64,000 nucleotides of DNA from Candidatus Bathyarchaeia archaeon (GCA_038870975.1 JAVZJD010000002.1:480001-544000); one strand, 5' to 3'. Positions 40,269 through 50,985 are shown, numbered from the stretch's first letter. The notes: generated by a model from the letters alone, not told the origin. Made by a program: numbers and translations.

Positions 40269-40946
40269 ATGATTCTGACGCGTAGGAAACTCGCATCTAT
40301 GATAGACTATGCTCTAGTAAAACCCACGCATAGTCTTACAGATATAGAGGAGGCGGCTAAAGTCGCAAAAGCGAACAGTATAGGTGTCCTCTGCGTCCTA
40401 CCAGTTATGGTGGAACATGCAGTTAAACTACTTAAAGGATCCGAGACAAAGGTATGTTCAACCGTGGGTTTTCCATTTGGCTCATCAACCACTAAGTTGA
40501 AGGTTTTAGAGGCTGAAGAGGCCATAAATGATGGAGCTTGTGAAATAGACATTGTTATGAATATCCCATTTTTCAAATCTAAGCTTTATGAGAAGGTTAA
40601 ATCCGATATAGAAGCCGTGTTGAAAATTTCAAAACCCAGAGGTGTAAAGGTCAAGGTGATAATTGAAACGGGATATCTAACAGCTGAAGAGATAGCATTA
40701 GCATGTAGGATGGTTGATGAGACAGGGGCTGACTACATTAAAACATGTACTGGCTTCGGTCCCCGTGGCACTACGATTGAGGATATTGAAATCATAAAGA
40801 GAAACGTTAAGATGGCTAAGATAAAAGCTGCTGGTGGAATTTCATCTTTTGAAAAAGCCCTTCAATTTATTAAAATGGGTGTTGAACGTATAGGTACATC
40901 CAACGCTTTGGAAATCTTGAAAGGTTGGAGCCCAGTGGAAATTTAA
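40269..40946 (+). CDS. deoC: Deoxyribose-phosphate aldolase
   Basis: VGFPFG, EIDIVMN, KVIIETG, IKTCTGF, IKAAGGI and RIGTS. Confidence 0.9.
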   Translation: MILTRRKLASMIDYALVKPTHSLTDIEEAAKVAKANSIGVLCVLPVMVEHAVKLLKGSETKVCSTVGFPFGSSTTKLKVLEAEEAINDGACEIDIVMNIPFFKSKLYEKVKSDIEAVLKISKPRGVKVKVIIETGYLTAEEIALACRMVDETGADYIKTCTGFGPRGTTIEDIEIIKRNVKMAKIKAAGGISSFEKALQFIKMGVERIGTSNALEILKGWSPVEI

Positions 40947-41043
40947 TTTTAAAGTAAGAATAATTTGGCATTTTTATATGTACTTGATCGAGTTAAAAGA
41001 GAGCCTATAAGCTTTTATCTTGTAAAGAGTTTAACATGATCTA

Positions 41044-42939
41044 TTGAAACCCAAATTTGTTGTGGTAGATAGTTCCCAAAGTCCGTATTCATTACTTAGA
41101 CCCATACCCATAGATTCCGTCAAACTTAAGGATGGTTTCTGGGCTCCTAGAATAAAAACGCTCATAGAGGTGACGCTTCCGACACAATATGAAATGCTTG
41201 AGGAAACGGGGAGGATAGATAACTTCCGTAGAGCAACTAGGAAGATAAAAGCTGAGTTTAAAGGGTTATTCTTCAACGATTCAGACGTCTATAAGTGGAT
41301 TGAAGCAACATCCTACGCTTTAGCTTACGATTATGACAGACGCTTAGAAAAAATTATGGATAATGTGATTGTCGATATAGCTGATGCCCAAGATGCGAAT
41401 GGATACTTAAATACATATTTTACATTTGAAAGAAAAGCTCAACGATGGACTAATCTACGTGATATGCATGAATTGTATTGCGCAGGTCATCTTATCCAAG
41501 CGGCCGTTGCTCATTATAGGGCAACTGGCAAGAGGACGCTTTTAGATGTAAGTATTAAACTGGCAAATCACATACTCAGCATATTTGGATCAGGTAAAAG
41601 ACAAGGAGTACCAGGACATCCTGAAGTTGAAATGGCACTTGTAGAACTTTATAGAACCACACGTATGAGCGACTTTCTAAGCTTAGCGAAGTTTTTCATA
41701 GATAACCGTGGTAGAGGTTTAATCGGTGGAAGCTCATATCACATAGATCACAAACCATTTAGAGAGTTAGACGAAATAGTTGGCCATGCTGTGAGAAGCG
41801 TCTACTTAAACTGTGGTGCTACAGACGTCTACATGGAGACTGGAGATGAAAGCCTTCTAAAAGCCTTAGAGCGTTTATGGCAAAATATGGTTAATTGTAA
41901 AATGTATGTTACTGGAGGATTAGGCTCTAGGTATGAGGGTGAGGCTTTTGGAGAAAACTATGAACTACCGAATAGACGCGCTTACGCTGAAACATGTGCC
42001 GCCGTAGCGAATGTTATGTGGAATTGGCGTATGCTTTTAGCAACTGGTAAAGCAGAGTACGCTGATATTATAGAGCTGGCTCTATACAATGGAGCTCTTG
42101 CAGGAATTGGTTTAGACGGTGAGACGTACTTCTACGTCAACCCACTGGCAGATAGAGGAGCCCATAGAAGAAGCAGATGGTTCGATTGCGCATGTTGTCC
42201 ACCGAATATAGCGAGGCTTATAGCGTCTGTTTCAGGCTACTTTTACAGCACTTCACAAGATGGAATATGGATACATATTTATGCAACTAATGAGACGACC
42301 ATAGAATTTAACGGTGGACTTGTTAAGTTAACCCAGAATACTGATTATCCTTGGGATGGTCACGTTGAAATAACCGTATACCCTGAAAAGCTGTCAGAGT
42401 TTTCAATATTCTTACGTATCCCAGGGTGGAGTTTACGGACGACTGTAGCCTTAAATGGTGAGCCCTTGGATTGCAATATAAAACCTCCGCAGTATTTAGA
42501 GGTTAAAAGAACCTGGGAGAAGGGAGATGTAATATCGATGGATTTGGATTTGCGAGTGAACGTCTTATTATCCCATCCGCACGTTCTGGAGAACTTTTGC
42601 AGAATTGCATTAAAACGGGGGCCTTTCGTCTACTGCGTAGAACAGGCGGATAACCCAGGTTTCGACATATGGAATTTAATAGTTTCTCTAAACCCATCGT
42701 TTAACATTATGCGAAGACCAGATTTACTCGGCGGAATTCGTACAATCGAATGTGATGGTTTCGTTGTTAATAAAAATCCTAAGTCTCTCTACTCCAGTCT
42801 TGAAGAAACCACGATAGAGATTAAGCCAGTTAAATTTACAGCCATACCTTATTATGCCTGGGCTAATAGAGAACCGGGACCTATGGTCGTGTGGATTCCG
42901 ATGTTTAACATGGATTTAATTAAGCGATATTCATCATAA
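41044..42939 (+). CDS. GH127 beta-L-arabinofuranosidase-like glycoside hydrolase
   Basis: DSDVYKWIE, HELYCAGH, GHAVR, YAETCA, ACCPPN and IPYYAWANR. Confidence 0.9.
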   Translation: MKPKFVVVDSSQSPYSLLRPIPIDSVKLKDGFWAPRIKTLIEVTLPTQYEMLEETGRIDNFRRATRKIKAEFKGLFFNDSDVYKWIEATSYALAYDYDRRLEKIMDNVIVDIADAQDANGYLNTYFTFERKAQRWTNLRDMHELYCAGHLIQAAVAHYRATGKRTLLDVSIKLANHILSIFGSGKRQGVPGHPEVEMALVELYRTTRMSDFLSLAKFFIDNRGRGLIGGSSYHIDHKPFRELDEIVGHAVRSVYLNCGATDVYMETGDESLLKALERLWQNMVNCKMYVTGGLGSRYEGEAFGENYELPNRRAYAETCAAVANVMWNWRMLLATGKAEYADIIELALYNGALAGIGLDGETYFYVNPLADRGAHRRSRWFDCACCPPNIARLIASVSGYFYSTSQDGIWIHIYATNETTIEFNGGLVKLTQNTDYPWDGHVEITVYPEKLSEFSIFLRIPGWSLRTTVALNGEPLDCNIKPPQYLEVKRTWEKGDVISMDLDLRVNVLLSHPHVLENFCRIALKRGPFVYCVEQADNPGFDIWNLIVSLNPSFNIMRRPDLLGGIRTIECDGFVVNKNPKSLYSSLEETTIEIKPVKFTAIPYYAWANREPGPMVVWIPMFNMDLIKRYSS

Positions 42940-43179
42940 CTAGCTGTAGTTTGACCTTCCGTGTATTCCAATTAAATTTTATATAAGCATTCATCATTGT
43001 CTTTTTGTTTCGGCTAGATTAACTTCTAAACTTTCTAAGGTCAAAGGACATCGTAGTGGTGCGTTGCGAAGGGTTTAAAGAACACGTAGGTAGAATTTTA
43101 TTGGTTAGATTAAGCTCTCCCCGAAAAGCTAAGTGAAAAGGATATTAAAGAAGATAACATACCAGACGGGAAATGAAAA

Positions 43180-43536
43180 GTGAACTGTAGAGACAGATGG
43201 TGGTTTCGCCATAATCCGTACAAACGGAAAGATGGTTTTAAGGTAATAGAGAAGAAGAAAAATCCTTCAAAACCAACTCAAGCTATAAATGCATATGCTA
43301 ATTGTAAACAAGAAGTTAAAGACGCAGGCTACATCATAATATCCTGGTGGAATTATGAGTACCTGAATTATTGGTATGTAGGATCAACTCAGAGTAAAAA
43401 AGAGCCTAAAGAATGGGTTTACGATCCTAGATTCCTTACGAATAGCTTAGACGAAATAACTCGAGCAGCACCACAATTGTATTTGCTCTTACCTTTTACG
43501 TCTACTAAATGTTTCATAATGAATTTACGCTTTTAA
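43180..43536 (+). other. Hypothetical ORF or remnant of unknown function
   Basis: 118-aa ORF with no recognisable motif; short broken frames lie upstream. Confidence 0.25.
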
Positions 43537-43610
43537 GTAGAAGTTGGACTATGGATATAGGGGAGAGTAAACTCATAATAGATACTTTAGAGTTTATAGA
43601 AGACAGACTA

Positions 43611-45062
43611 TTATATTGGCTTTCTAATCTTCCATTTTGTCTCCCCAGAAACGTCCTCAAGTTCTACGCCTAGCTCTCTAAGTCTACTTCTTACCATATC
43701 CGATATATCATATCGTTTTTCTCTTCTAAAGATCTCTCGAACTTCTACTATGAGTTGAATAAGCTGATCGACGAGTCCTTTTGAAGGCAAAGGTTCATAT
43801 ACTTCGAGGATTCCGAAAACTTTTCTGACCATGTTTAGAAGCTCTAAGACTTGCTCTTTGACTTCTCTATTCAACTTAGAAGCTGTTCCTAATATGCTGT
43901 TGAAAGCTCTCATGTAGTTGAATAAAACCGCCAAAGCACCTGGGGTATCTAAGTCGTCATCCATACGCTCTTCAAAATCTATTCTAGCCTTTTTAGTAAT
44001 ATCAAGGATTTTCTTTTCATCTTCGCTTAGAGTAGATTCAACTTTTTCAATAGATTCAACTTTTTCAATAAAGTCTGAGAGACGGCGTAGGTTTTCTTCA
44101 GCCATTTTAATGGAGTTTTCATTGAAGTCAACATCGCTTCTATAGTGTGCCGATATGTAAAACATACGTAGGACATCTCTCCCCCACTTATCTAAAGCCT
44201 CGTTAAGTCTTATGATGTTGCCCTTGCTCTTACTCATCTTCTCTCCGTTTATCGTTAAAAGCCCACAGTGAACCCAGTACTTCACAAACGGCTTCTTACC
44301 AGTATATGCTTCGCTCTGAGCTAGAGAATTCTCATGGTGGGGGAAGATTAATTCTCTAGCACCACCATGGATATCTATCTGTTCTCCGAGGTACTTTATA
44401 CTCATAACTGAACACTCTATGTGCCATCCTGGGAAGCCATAGCCCCAAGGAGATCTCCACCTCAACGGATAATCTTCTGAAGCTGTCTTCCACAAAGCGA
44501 AGTCAGCGGGGTTACGCTTCCTTGGGTCTGGTTCAACTCTGTGCATTATAAGTTCCTCTCTCCGTACACCTGACAATTTACCGTAATCTTCAAACTTTGA
44601 GACGTCGAAGTAAACATCTCCATCTACTACGTAACCGTAGCCCTTCTCTATTAGCCTCTCGATTACTTCAATCATTTCCATGATATGACCACTAGCCCTA
44701 GGTTGAATACTCGGCCGTTTATTTCCAAGTCTATCCATAGCCTCAAAGTACTCGAGTAGATATTTATCGGCTATCTCCATTGGATGGAGCTTTTCACGTT
44801 TCGCCCCTAGAATCATACGATCTTCTCCAACAGCCTCCAGAATATGCCCCACATCTGTGATGTTTCGGATGTATTTAACTCGGAACCCCTTATATTCAAG
44901 CCACCTGATAAGTATATCGTAGACGACACTTGCCCTACCGTGTCCCAAGTGAGGACTGTCATAAACTGTTGGACCGCAGACGTAAATTTTAACGATACCT
45001 GGGTCTATGGTTTGAAAGACCTCTTTCCGCCTAGTCAGAGTATTGTAGATTCTTATCGGCAT
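43611..45062 (-). CDS. cysS: Cysteinyl-tRNA synthetase
   Basis: YVCGPTVYDSPHLGH, DFALWK, PGWHIECS and KMSKS. Confidence 0.97.
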   Translation of the reverse strand: MPIRIYNTLTRRKEVFQTIDPGIVKIYVCGPTVYDSPHLGHGRASVVYDILIRWLEYKGFRVKYIRNITDVGHILEAVGEDRMILGAKREKLHPMEIADKYLLEYFEAMDRLGNKRPSIQPRASGHIMEMIEVIERLIEKGYGYVVDGDVYFDVSKFEDYGKLSGVRREELIMHRVEPDPRKRNPADFALWKTASEDYPLRWRSPWGYGFPGWHIECSVMSIKYLGEQIDIHGGARELIFPHHENSLAQSEAYTGKKPFVKYWVHCGLLTINGEKMSKSKGNIIRLNEALDKWGRDVLRMFYISAHYRSDVDFNENSIKMAEENLRRLSDFIEKVESIEKVESTLSEDEKKILDITKKARIDFEERMDDDLDTPGALAVLFNYMRAFNSILGTASKLNREVKEQVLELLNMVRKVFGILEVYEPLPSKGLVDQLIQLIVEVREIFRREKRYDISDMVRSRLRELGVELEDVSGETKWKIRKPI

Positions 45063-45154
45063 GCTACATTAGCATAACAGTAGAGTTACTTAAATTATTT
45101 CTTCTAGGGAAAAGCTTTATATTGTAAGTCGATTTTAAAAGGTTGGAGGTAAAA

Positions 45155-45601
45155 TTGAAGAGAAGAGCCCATGCACATGGTAAATCCCACTCAACTAGAC
45201 CTATAGCGAAGAGACCACCACCTTGGTGTAATTATAAGCCTGAGGAAGTAGAGGCATTGGTTGTTAAACTTGGTAAAGACATGATACAACCGAGTATGAT
45301 AGGAACCATATTGAGAGACCAATATGGAATACCTCTTGTTAAACAAATAACAGGGAAAACAGTTATGGAAATACTTGAAGAGCATGGCTTAGCCCCCAAC
45401 ATCCCTGAAGATTTAACAAACCTCTTAAGAAAAGCAACCAGGTTGAGAAGACATTGTGAAAGCCATCGAAAAGATAAATCGAATAAAAGGGCTCTTCAAA
45501 TAATAGAGGCGAAGATATATAGGCTCTCAAAATACTATAAATCTATTGGAAGACTGCCTCAGGACTGGACTTATAAGGCCGTTGTATTATCCGCGGAGTA
45601 G
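45155..45601 (+). CDS. rps15: 30S ribosomal protein S15 (uS15/S13e)
   Basis: [20 protein letters not shown] and IPEDL. TTG at 45155 follows an SD-like GGAGGT. Confidence 0.95.
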   Translation: MKRRAHAHGKSHSTRPIAKRPPPWCNYKPEEVEALVVKLGKDMIQPSMIGTILRDQYGIPLVKQITGKTVMEILEEHGLAPNIPEDLTNLLRKATRLRRHCESHRKDKSNKRALQIIEAKIYRLSKYYKSIGRLPQDWTYKAVVLSAE

Positions 45602-45612
45602 GCTTGAAAAAG

Positions 45613-46122
45613 CTAATGAGTTATTCCTACTCTAGTGTAGATTTCTCTTGGAGCCTTAACTTCGACAACCATATTCACTATATCGGCTCTATTTATAAGC
45701 TCGGGTGGACAGTACCTGCCAGTTAATACAACGTCTGTTTCATCTGGAACCTCGTTTAAAAGCTCGAGAATACTCTTGGTATCTAAAAGTCCTATGAAGG
45801 CGGCAAGACAAATCTCATCTAAAACTAGTAGATGGGGTTTACTCTTTAAGACCTCTCTAGCCTTCTCAAGACCTTTTCTCGCTAGGATTTTATCTTCTTC
45901 AGATGGGTTTCGTAAGTCCACCCATTCTCTCCTTCCAAACTGGTATATTTCATAGTAGGGTTTAAGCAACTCCATAACCTTATATTCACCTATATCTTTA
46001 CGACCCTTCATAAACTGAATTATCACAGCTCTTAAGCCATGGCCTATGCATCTTAAAGCCAAGCCTAAAGCGTTAGTCGTCTTTCCAGCGCCAGTCCCAT
46101 AGTAGAGGAAAATCTTACCCAT
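45613..46122 (-). CDS. cobO: Cob(I)yrinic acid a,c-diamide/corrinoid adenosyltransferase (CobO/BtuR type)
   Basis: YYGTGAGKTTNALG, IQFMKG, LVLDEI and VLTGR. Confidence 0.88.
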   Translation of the reverse strand: MGKIFLYYGTGAGKTTNALGLALRCIGHGLRAVIIQFMKGRKDIGEYKVMELLKPYYEIYQFGRREWVDLRNPSEEDKILARKGLEKAREVLKSKPHLLVLDEICLAAFIGLLDTKSILELLNEVPDETDVVLTGRYCPPELINRADIVNMVVEVKAPREIYTRVGITH

Positions 46123-46125
46123 AGA

Positions 46126-48459
46126 CTACTCTACCTCACAAACTGGACAACTACTGATGGGTTTAACTCCAACTTCTAAAACCTGTTCTTTTCTACTACC
46201 ATATCTGTAGACTGTAATACCTTTACATCCTAGTCTATGCGCCAATAAGAATGCCTTTTTAACAGCCTCAGGTGAAGCATCCTGTTTTAAATTTATGGTT
46301 TTTGAAACGGCATTATCTGTAAACTCTTGAAATGCCGCTTGAACTTTAACATGCCAATCTACGTCTACTTCCAATGCCGTTACAAAGACCTTCTTAATGT
46401 CCTCAGGAACCCCTTGAACGTTTGCAAGAGAGCCAGACTTAGATATTTCAGTTATCAATTCATCAGAATAAAGCCCCCTCTCTCTAAGAACTTCTTCAAG
46501 AATATGGTTTACTTCAAAAAGCTTCACACTCCCAAGTACAGTCCTAGAATAGGCTAGGGCAAAGTTAGGTTCTATACCACTTGAAGTCCCTGCTATTAAA
46601 CTTATGGTTCCCGTTGGAGCTATAGTTGTCGTAGCGGCGTTTCTAATGCCGTGGTTTTTAATCAAATCTCTAACCTCATCCCAGTTCAAATGGCGGTATT
46701 TCGCTTCCCCTCCAGCTTCAAACGGCATTATAGGGACTTCAGAATCGTAGATTGACCCTTTAAACGCAGGAAACGGCCCCCTACTTTCCGCAAGTTCTAT
46801 TGAAGCAAGCTTACTATGGTAGTTTATATACTCCATAATCCTCCTGGCGAGGACCACTGCTTCCTCAGAATCATACGGTATTCCAAGTCTGAAGAGCATA
46901 TTAGCCCAACCCATGATTCCCAGCCCTATTTTACGAGTTCTAAGGGTTGCTTTCTCGATTTCATCTGTTGGAAAGTTATTCGCATCTATCACATTATCCA
47001 AGAAGTGAACAGCAACCTTAACTACTTCTCTAAGCTTCTTCCAATCAACATCCCATCTACCGTTTTCATTCTTCACCATCAACTCCAGGTTGATAGATCC
47101 TAGATTGCATGATTCATATGGAAGTAAAGGCTGCTCACCGCATGGGTTTGTAGCTTCAATTGTCCCTAATTGCGGAGTTGGATTATGCTTATTGATCGTG
47201 TCTATGAATATTAACCCTGGATCCCCAGTCCTCCAGGCATTGTAAACTATTAAGTCAAACAGATATCTAGCGTTGACTTTCCGAACAGATTTACCAGTTC
47301 TTGGGTTTATAAGCTCAAAATCTTCACCTTTTTCAACAGCCTCCATAAAATCATCTGTCACAGCAACAGAGATATTGAAGTTCCTCAAAATACCTTCTTC
47401 ACTCTTTGCGTATATGAAATCAATTATATCTGGATGGTCTATCCTCAAGATTCCCATATTGGCTCCCCGACGCTTTCCACCCTGCTTAATAACTTCAGTA
47501 GCCACATCGTAAATACGCATAAAGCTCACAGGACCCGATGCAATACCACTTGTAGATTTGACGACATCACCCTTAGGCCTAAGCTTTGAAAAGTTAAATC
47601 CTGTGCCTCCACCGCTCTTATGAATTAATGCTGTGTTTTTTAGAGACTCGAAAATACTCTCCATAGAATCTTCTATTGGAAGAACGAAACACGCTGAAAG
47701 TTGACCTAAAGGTGCGTTTGCGTTCATAAGTGTTGGTGAATTCGGTAAAAAGTATCGGTTAGCCATTACTTGGAAAAACACATCGATAACGTTTTCGTAG
47801 AGGTCGTTCCACCGTTCTTCTAGCAAGGACAATAATTTTTCAAATTCAACTTTCATCTTACCTTCTTTGCCAAGTCTATTATAGAGCCTTTTCATCATTT
47901 CAAGTTCGTAGTTTGAAAGTTCAATACTAGTTCTATATTCATAGTCTTGAACTTGTCTTACCGGTTGTTTAGCGTCCTTATCGTAGACATCATCCCAATA
48001 AAAAGCATCTACTAGACCTATGTATCTTGCAACTCTTATAAGCATCTGTTTAGGCGTTTCACATACTTCACCTCTCTCATCCCTCAAGAGATATCGGCTT
48101 CTCAATATTGTTATTGCATTAACCGTAAGTTTCATATCATCTACGACTCCAAGCATGCGTTTAAATTCTCTAATTTCAGTACGTTTACGTCTATAAAGTA
48201 TGTAGGCCTTAGCAACCTCATAAAGTCCATGCTTAACCAACGTTTCTTCGACAATATCCTGAATCTGCTCAACATGTGGTGTATGTTCGAAGCCAAACTT
48301 TTCATCAAGAATACTGACCACTTCGTTTCCAAGTTTCACGGCGAGGACTCTATCATTTAAACCCGTTGCTTTAAACGCTTTCCAAATAGCTTCAATTATA
48401 CGATTCTTATCAAAATCGACTATACGACCATCTCTTTTGATAACTTTCAGGGGAGGCAA
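46126..48459 (-). CDS. nrdJ: Class II adenosylcobalamin-dependent ribonucleotide reductase with an N-terminal ATP cone
   Basis: VIKRDGR ATP cone, LSACFV, ATNPCGEQPL, CNLGS, TIAPTG, KGITVYR and C-terminal CPVC. No intein seen. Confidence 0.93.
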   Translation of the reverse strand: MPPLKVIKRDGRIVDFDKNRIIEAIWKAFKATGLNDRVLAVKLGNEVVSILDEKFGFEHTPHVEQIQDIVEETLVKHGLYEVAKAYILYRRKRTEIREFKRMLGVVDDMKLTVNAITILRSRYLLRDERGEVCETPKQMLIRVARYIGLVDAFYWDDVYDKDAKQPVRQVQDYEYRTSIELSNYELEMMKRLYNRLGKEGKMKVEFEKLLSLLEERWNDLYENVIDVFFQVMANRYFLPNSPTLMNANAPLGQLSACFVLPIEDSMESIFESLKNTALIHKSGGGTGFNFSKLRPKGDVVKSTSGIASGPVSFMRIYDVATEVIKQGGKRRGANMGILRIDHPDIIDFIYAKSEEGILRNFNISVAVTDDFMEAVEKGEDFELINPRTGKSVRKVNARYLFDLIVYNAWRTGDPGLIFIDTINKHNPTPQLGTIEATNPCGEQPLLPYESCNLGSINLELMVKNENGRWDVDWKKLREVVKVAVHFLDNVIDANNFPTDEIEKATLRTRKIGLGIMGWANMLFRLGIPYDSEEAVVLARRIMEYINYHSKLASIELAESRGPFPAFKGSIYDSEVPIMPFEAGGEAKYRHLNWDEVRDLIKNHGIRNAATTTIAPTGTISLIAGTSSGIEPNFALAYSRTVLGSVKLFEVNHILEEVLRERGLYSDELITEISKSGSLANVQGVPEDIKKVFVTALEVDVDWHVKVQAAFQEFTDNAVSKTINLKQDASPEAVKKAFLLAHRLGCKGITVYRYGSRKEQVLEVGVKPISSCPVCEVE

Positions 48460-48582
48460 GTTACATCAATCGACTATTTAAACTAAGGAAGTATTAAACC
48501 TATGGGTTAAGTGTGAAACCATAGGGGGAGTTTGTACTTGCGCGTAAATATGGGAAATACTTCTAAAGATATAAATGGAAAG

Positions 48583-49284
48583 CTAAATGTTTGTTTCCTT
48601 TAAGTTTAGATTCATACTTTTCTCGACTTCGTAGACCAATCTAGCCACCACAACCCAAGCATTTAAAGTCTTAGGATATATGGCATAGCATGAATCGAAT
48701 AATTTCACATTTGCTTCTTTAAATTCTCCATGTGGGAAGCAGCCGACAACCGTCATGACCGAATCCACGTTGGTTAACTCTAGGACTATATTTTGCAGTG
48801 GCTTTAGAAGCCCACCACTTGAAAAGCCGATCACCATGTCAGGCTTAAGTTCGTTTTTTAAATCGGCTAAGGAGCCCTTCCGAAGGGTTATTAGCACTTC
48901 ACCTTCAGGAGGAACTCTTCCAACTCTGAAAAGTTGCTCCATTAGGCCTTTAAACCGCATGTAGTTGCGTGGCAGTCTAATTCTGGGGTTGAATTCTAAG
49001 ATAAAGTCTTGAAATGTATGAACATAAACTCTCAGAAGACCCTTATCGCTCAGGGGTGTTTCTAAAGCGTTTAGGAGAGAGAAATGCACAATATCGGGTC
49101 TACCGCGTTTATGCGCGTCCTTTAGATATCTCATAGCTCTATGGTGGTAAGACCTATCTAGAAGTATTTCACCTGGACTTAAACCCCTCTCACGAGAATT
49201 ACGCCTTACTTCAGGATGCCCCCATAGAGCTTGAGGCACTGTTTCTAAAGCGGATTCAGCCAACACTAGTATTAACCTATTCAA
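48583..49284 (-). CDS. nep1: 16S rRNA pseudouridine N1-methyltransferase Nep1/Emg1
   Basis: LAESALETVP, RGRPDIVH, RLPRNYMRFKGLMEQL and FPHG. Confidence 0.92.
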   Translation of the reverse strand: MNRLILVLAESALETVPQALWGHPEVRRNSRERGLSPGEILLDRSYHHRAMRYLKDAHKRGRPDIVHFSLLNALETPLSDKGLLRVYVHTFQDFILEFNPRIRLPRNYMRFKGLMEQLFRVGRVPPEGEVLITLRKGSLADLKNELKPDMVIGFSSGGLLKPLQNIVLELTNVDSVMTVVGCFPHGEFKEANVKLFDSCYAIYPKTLNAWVVVARLVYEVEKSMNLNLKETNI

Positions 49285-49374
49285 ATGCCCACCTCGAATT
49301 GAAAATTGCCCTCCTTACTTGTAAGTAAAAGACTTATAATCACATGCTTATAAGTTGACTTTTGAGACCGAAGT

Positions 49375-49710
49375 TTGAAGAACAGTATGAGGCAGATAGC
49401 TAGAGAACGTATGGAAATTCTACTTGAGAAAGCCATTCAAATTCACGAGATAAAGCCCCAACTCGCACAGAGATATGTTGAATTAGCACGTCGCATAGGT
49501 ATGAAGACGCGTGTTAAAATACCCCGTGAATATAGGAGGCTTATATGTAGAGGCTGTAAACAGTTTATACATCCCGGTTGTACATTGAGAGTTAGAGTTA
49601 AACATGGAGGTGTTAGACATATAACATATACATGTCTAAGGTGTGGACGAATAGTTCGAGTACCTATTGAAAAAAGACGGGTGGTTGGAGCTCTCCCGTC
49701 ATCCAAATAG
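49375..49710 (+). CDS. rnp4: Ribonuclease P protein component 4 (Rpp21)
   Basis: IARERMEIL, RYVELARRIGM and the zinc ribbon CRGC...CLRC. Confidence 0.92.
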   Translation: MKNSMRQIARERMEILLEKAIQIHEIKPQLAQRYVELARRIGMKTRVKIPREYRRLICRGCKQFIHPGCTLRVRVKHGGVRHITYTCLRCGRIVRVPIEKRRVVGALPSSK

Positions 49711-50016
49711 TGCACTTAGTCCCTCTAAGGCCTCTTCTTCCTTCTTTTCCTCAGCCTTCTCCTCCTTCTTTTCTTCCTCCTTCTTCTCTTCTTTTGTCAC
49801 AGACGCTCCAGCCGCAGGTGCTATTGACATAGCAGGCATGGTTGCAACGTTTTTCAAAACCTCTCCGAGGTCTATTTCTGAAAGCGCGGCTAGAAGCGCC
49901 TTTATTTTAACATCTTCGGGTTCTATATTGGCTGCTTTTAAAACTTTTCTTATGTTTTCTTCATTTATTTTCTGTCCAGCATGATGGAGGAGGAGAGTTG
50001 CATATATACACTCCAT
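49699..50016 (-). CDS. rpl12: 50S ribosomal stalk protein P1 (L12)
   Basis: IYATLLLH, an acidic hinge and C-terminal GLSALFG. Confidence 0.96.
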   Translation of the reverse strand: MECIYATLLLHHAGQKINEENIRKVLKAANIEPEDVKIKALLAALSEIDLGEVLKNVATMPAMSIAPAAGASVTKEEKKEEEKKEEKAEEKKEEEALEGLSALFG

Positions 50017-50042
50017 TTTATATCAACCTCCGTTTAATTTTT

Positions 50043-50981
50043 CTAACCGAATAGAGACGCCAAACCAATTTCCTCTTCCTCTTTCTTAGGTTGTTCCTCC
50101 TTTTCAACTTTCCGCTTTTCAGATTCTCCAGTCTTAGACAGTAAAGAACTTAATATCGACGCTTCAATTAGAGCCTTTTGAATAAACAATGGAAGCGTCT
50201 CGGGAGTCAAATAATTAATGTTTACTGCCAGTATTAGTGAAGTGCCGTAGCATTCGACTATTATCGCAGGTAGAGTTTCGGGCGTAAAGTACTTCAATGT
50301 TAAAGCCAGTTTGAAGGCATCCTCCCAAGCTTTTAAGAGCGTACTCCTATAAGACTCTACGTCGAGCTTAAGGACTTCCGTTGGATAAATTGACCCACTA
50401 CTATATACGACTTTGAGATTTAAGCCCACTTTAACTGGTTTTATACCCAGCTTGGTAAGTACTGATGCGAGCCTATCAGATATTACGTCACCCTTTTTAG
50501 CAACGACCGTCGTCTTGCTAATCCAAATACTTCCCGATACTATTCTGGCGGGAAGTCCTACCTCGTTGAACTCGCTAACCAATGGTCCTGGAGGAAGCCC
50601 AGTATTACCTTCTTGGACAACTATATCCTCTGGAGCAATATCGCCTGGTCTCGCGAAGCTTGGAATTTTAGCTTCATCTAATATCTTAGCGAGTTTAAAT
50701 GGATCTTCCTTAGTAAACAGTATGATGTTTTGGCCTTCGAGAAACTTAAACAAAGCATCGCTTCCTTTGAATTCACCATTCTCCATAAGTTCTTTTATAG
50801 CGTTCTTGACGAGTGTATTCTTGGAAACTTTGAGTATAGCTATGCCTCGAAGTTTTCTACGTATTTCATGGAGTTGGTTAGCTTTAACCTTATAGAGGTC
50901 TGCAAATCCAACTGTAGGATACTCTTTAAAAAGTCTCTTAAGGTCTTCAATAGCCTGTATTTTATCGACTCGCCTAGGCAT
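50043..50981 (-). CDS. rpl10: 50S ribosomal protein L10 (P0)
   Basis: KVSKNTL, ARPGDIAP, TGLPPGP and C-terminal GLASLFG. Confidence 0.95.
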   Translation of the reverse strand: MPRRVDKIQAIEDLKRLFKEYPTVGFADLYKVKANQLHEIRRKLRGIAILKVSKNTLVKNAIKELMENGEFKGSDALFKFLEGQNIILFTKEDPFKLAKILDEAKIPSFARPGDIAPEDIVVQEGNTGLPPGPLVSEFNEVGLPARIVSGSIWISKTTVVAKKGDVISDRLASVLTKLGIKPVKVGLNLKVVYSSGSIYPTEVLKLDVESYRSTLLKAWEDAFKLALTLKYFTPETLPAIIVECYGTSLILAVNINYLTPETLPLFIQKALIEASILSSLLSKTGESEKRKVEKEEQPKKEEEEIGLASLFG

Positions 50982-50985
50982 TGTA

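Noticed and set aside
46126-48459. Intein in NrdJ (or aIF5B)
   Set aside because: Lengths are normal and there are no splice-junction or homing endonuclease motifs.
48460-48582. Cobalamin riboswitch upstream of nrdJ
   Set aside because: The leader is too short and AT-rich and has no B12 box.
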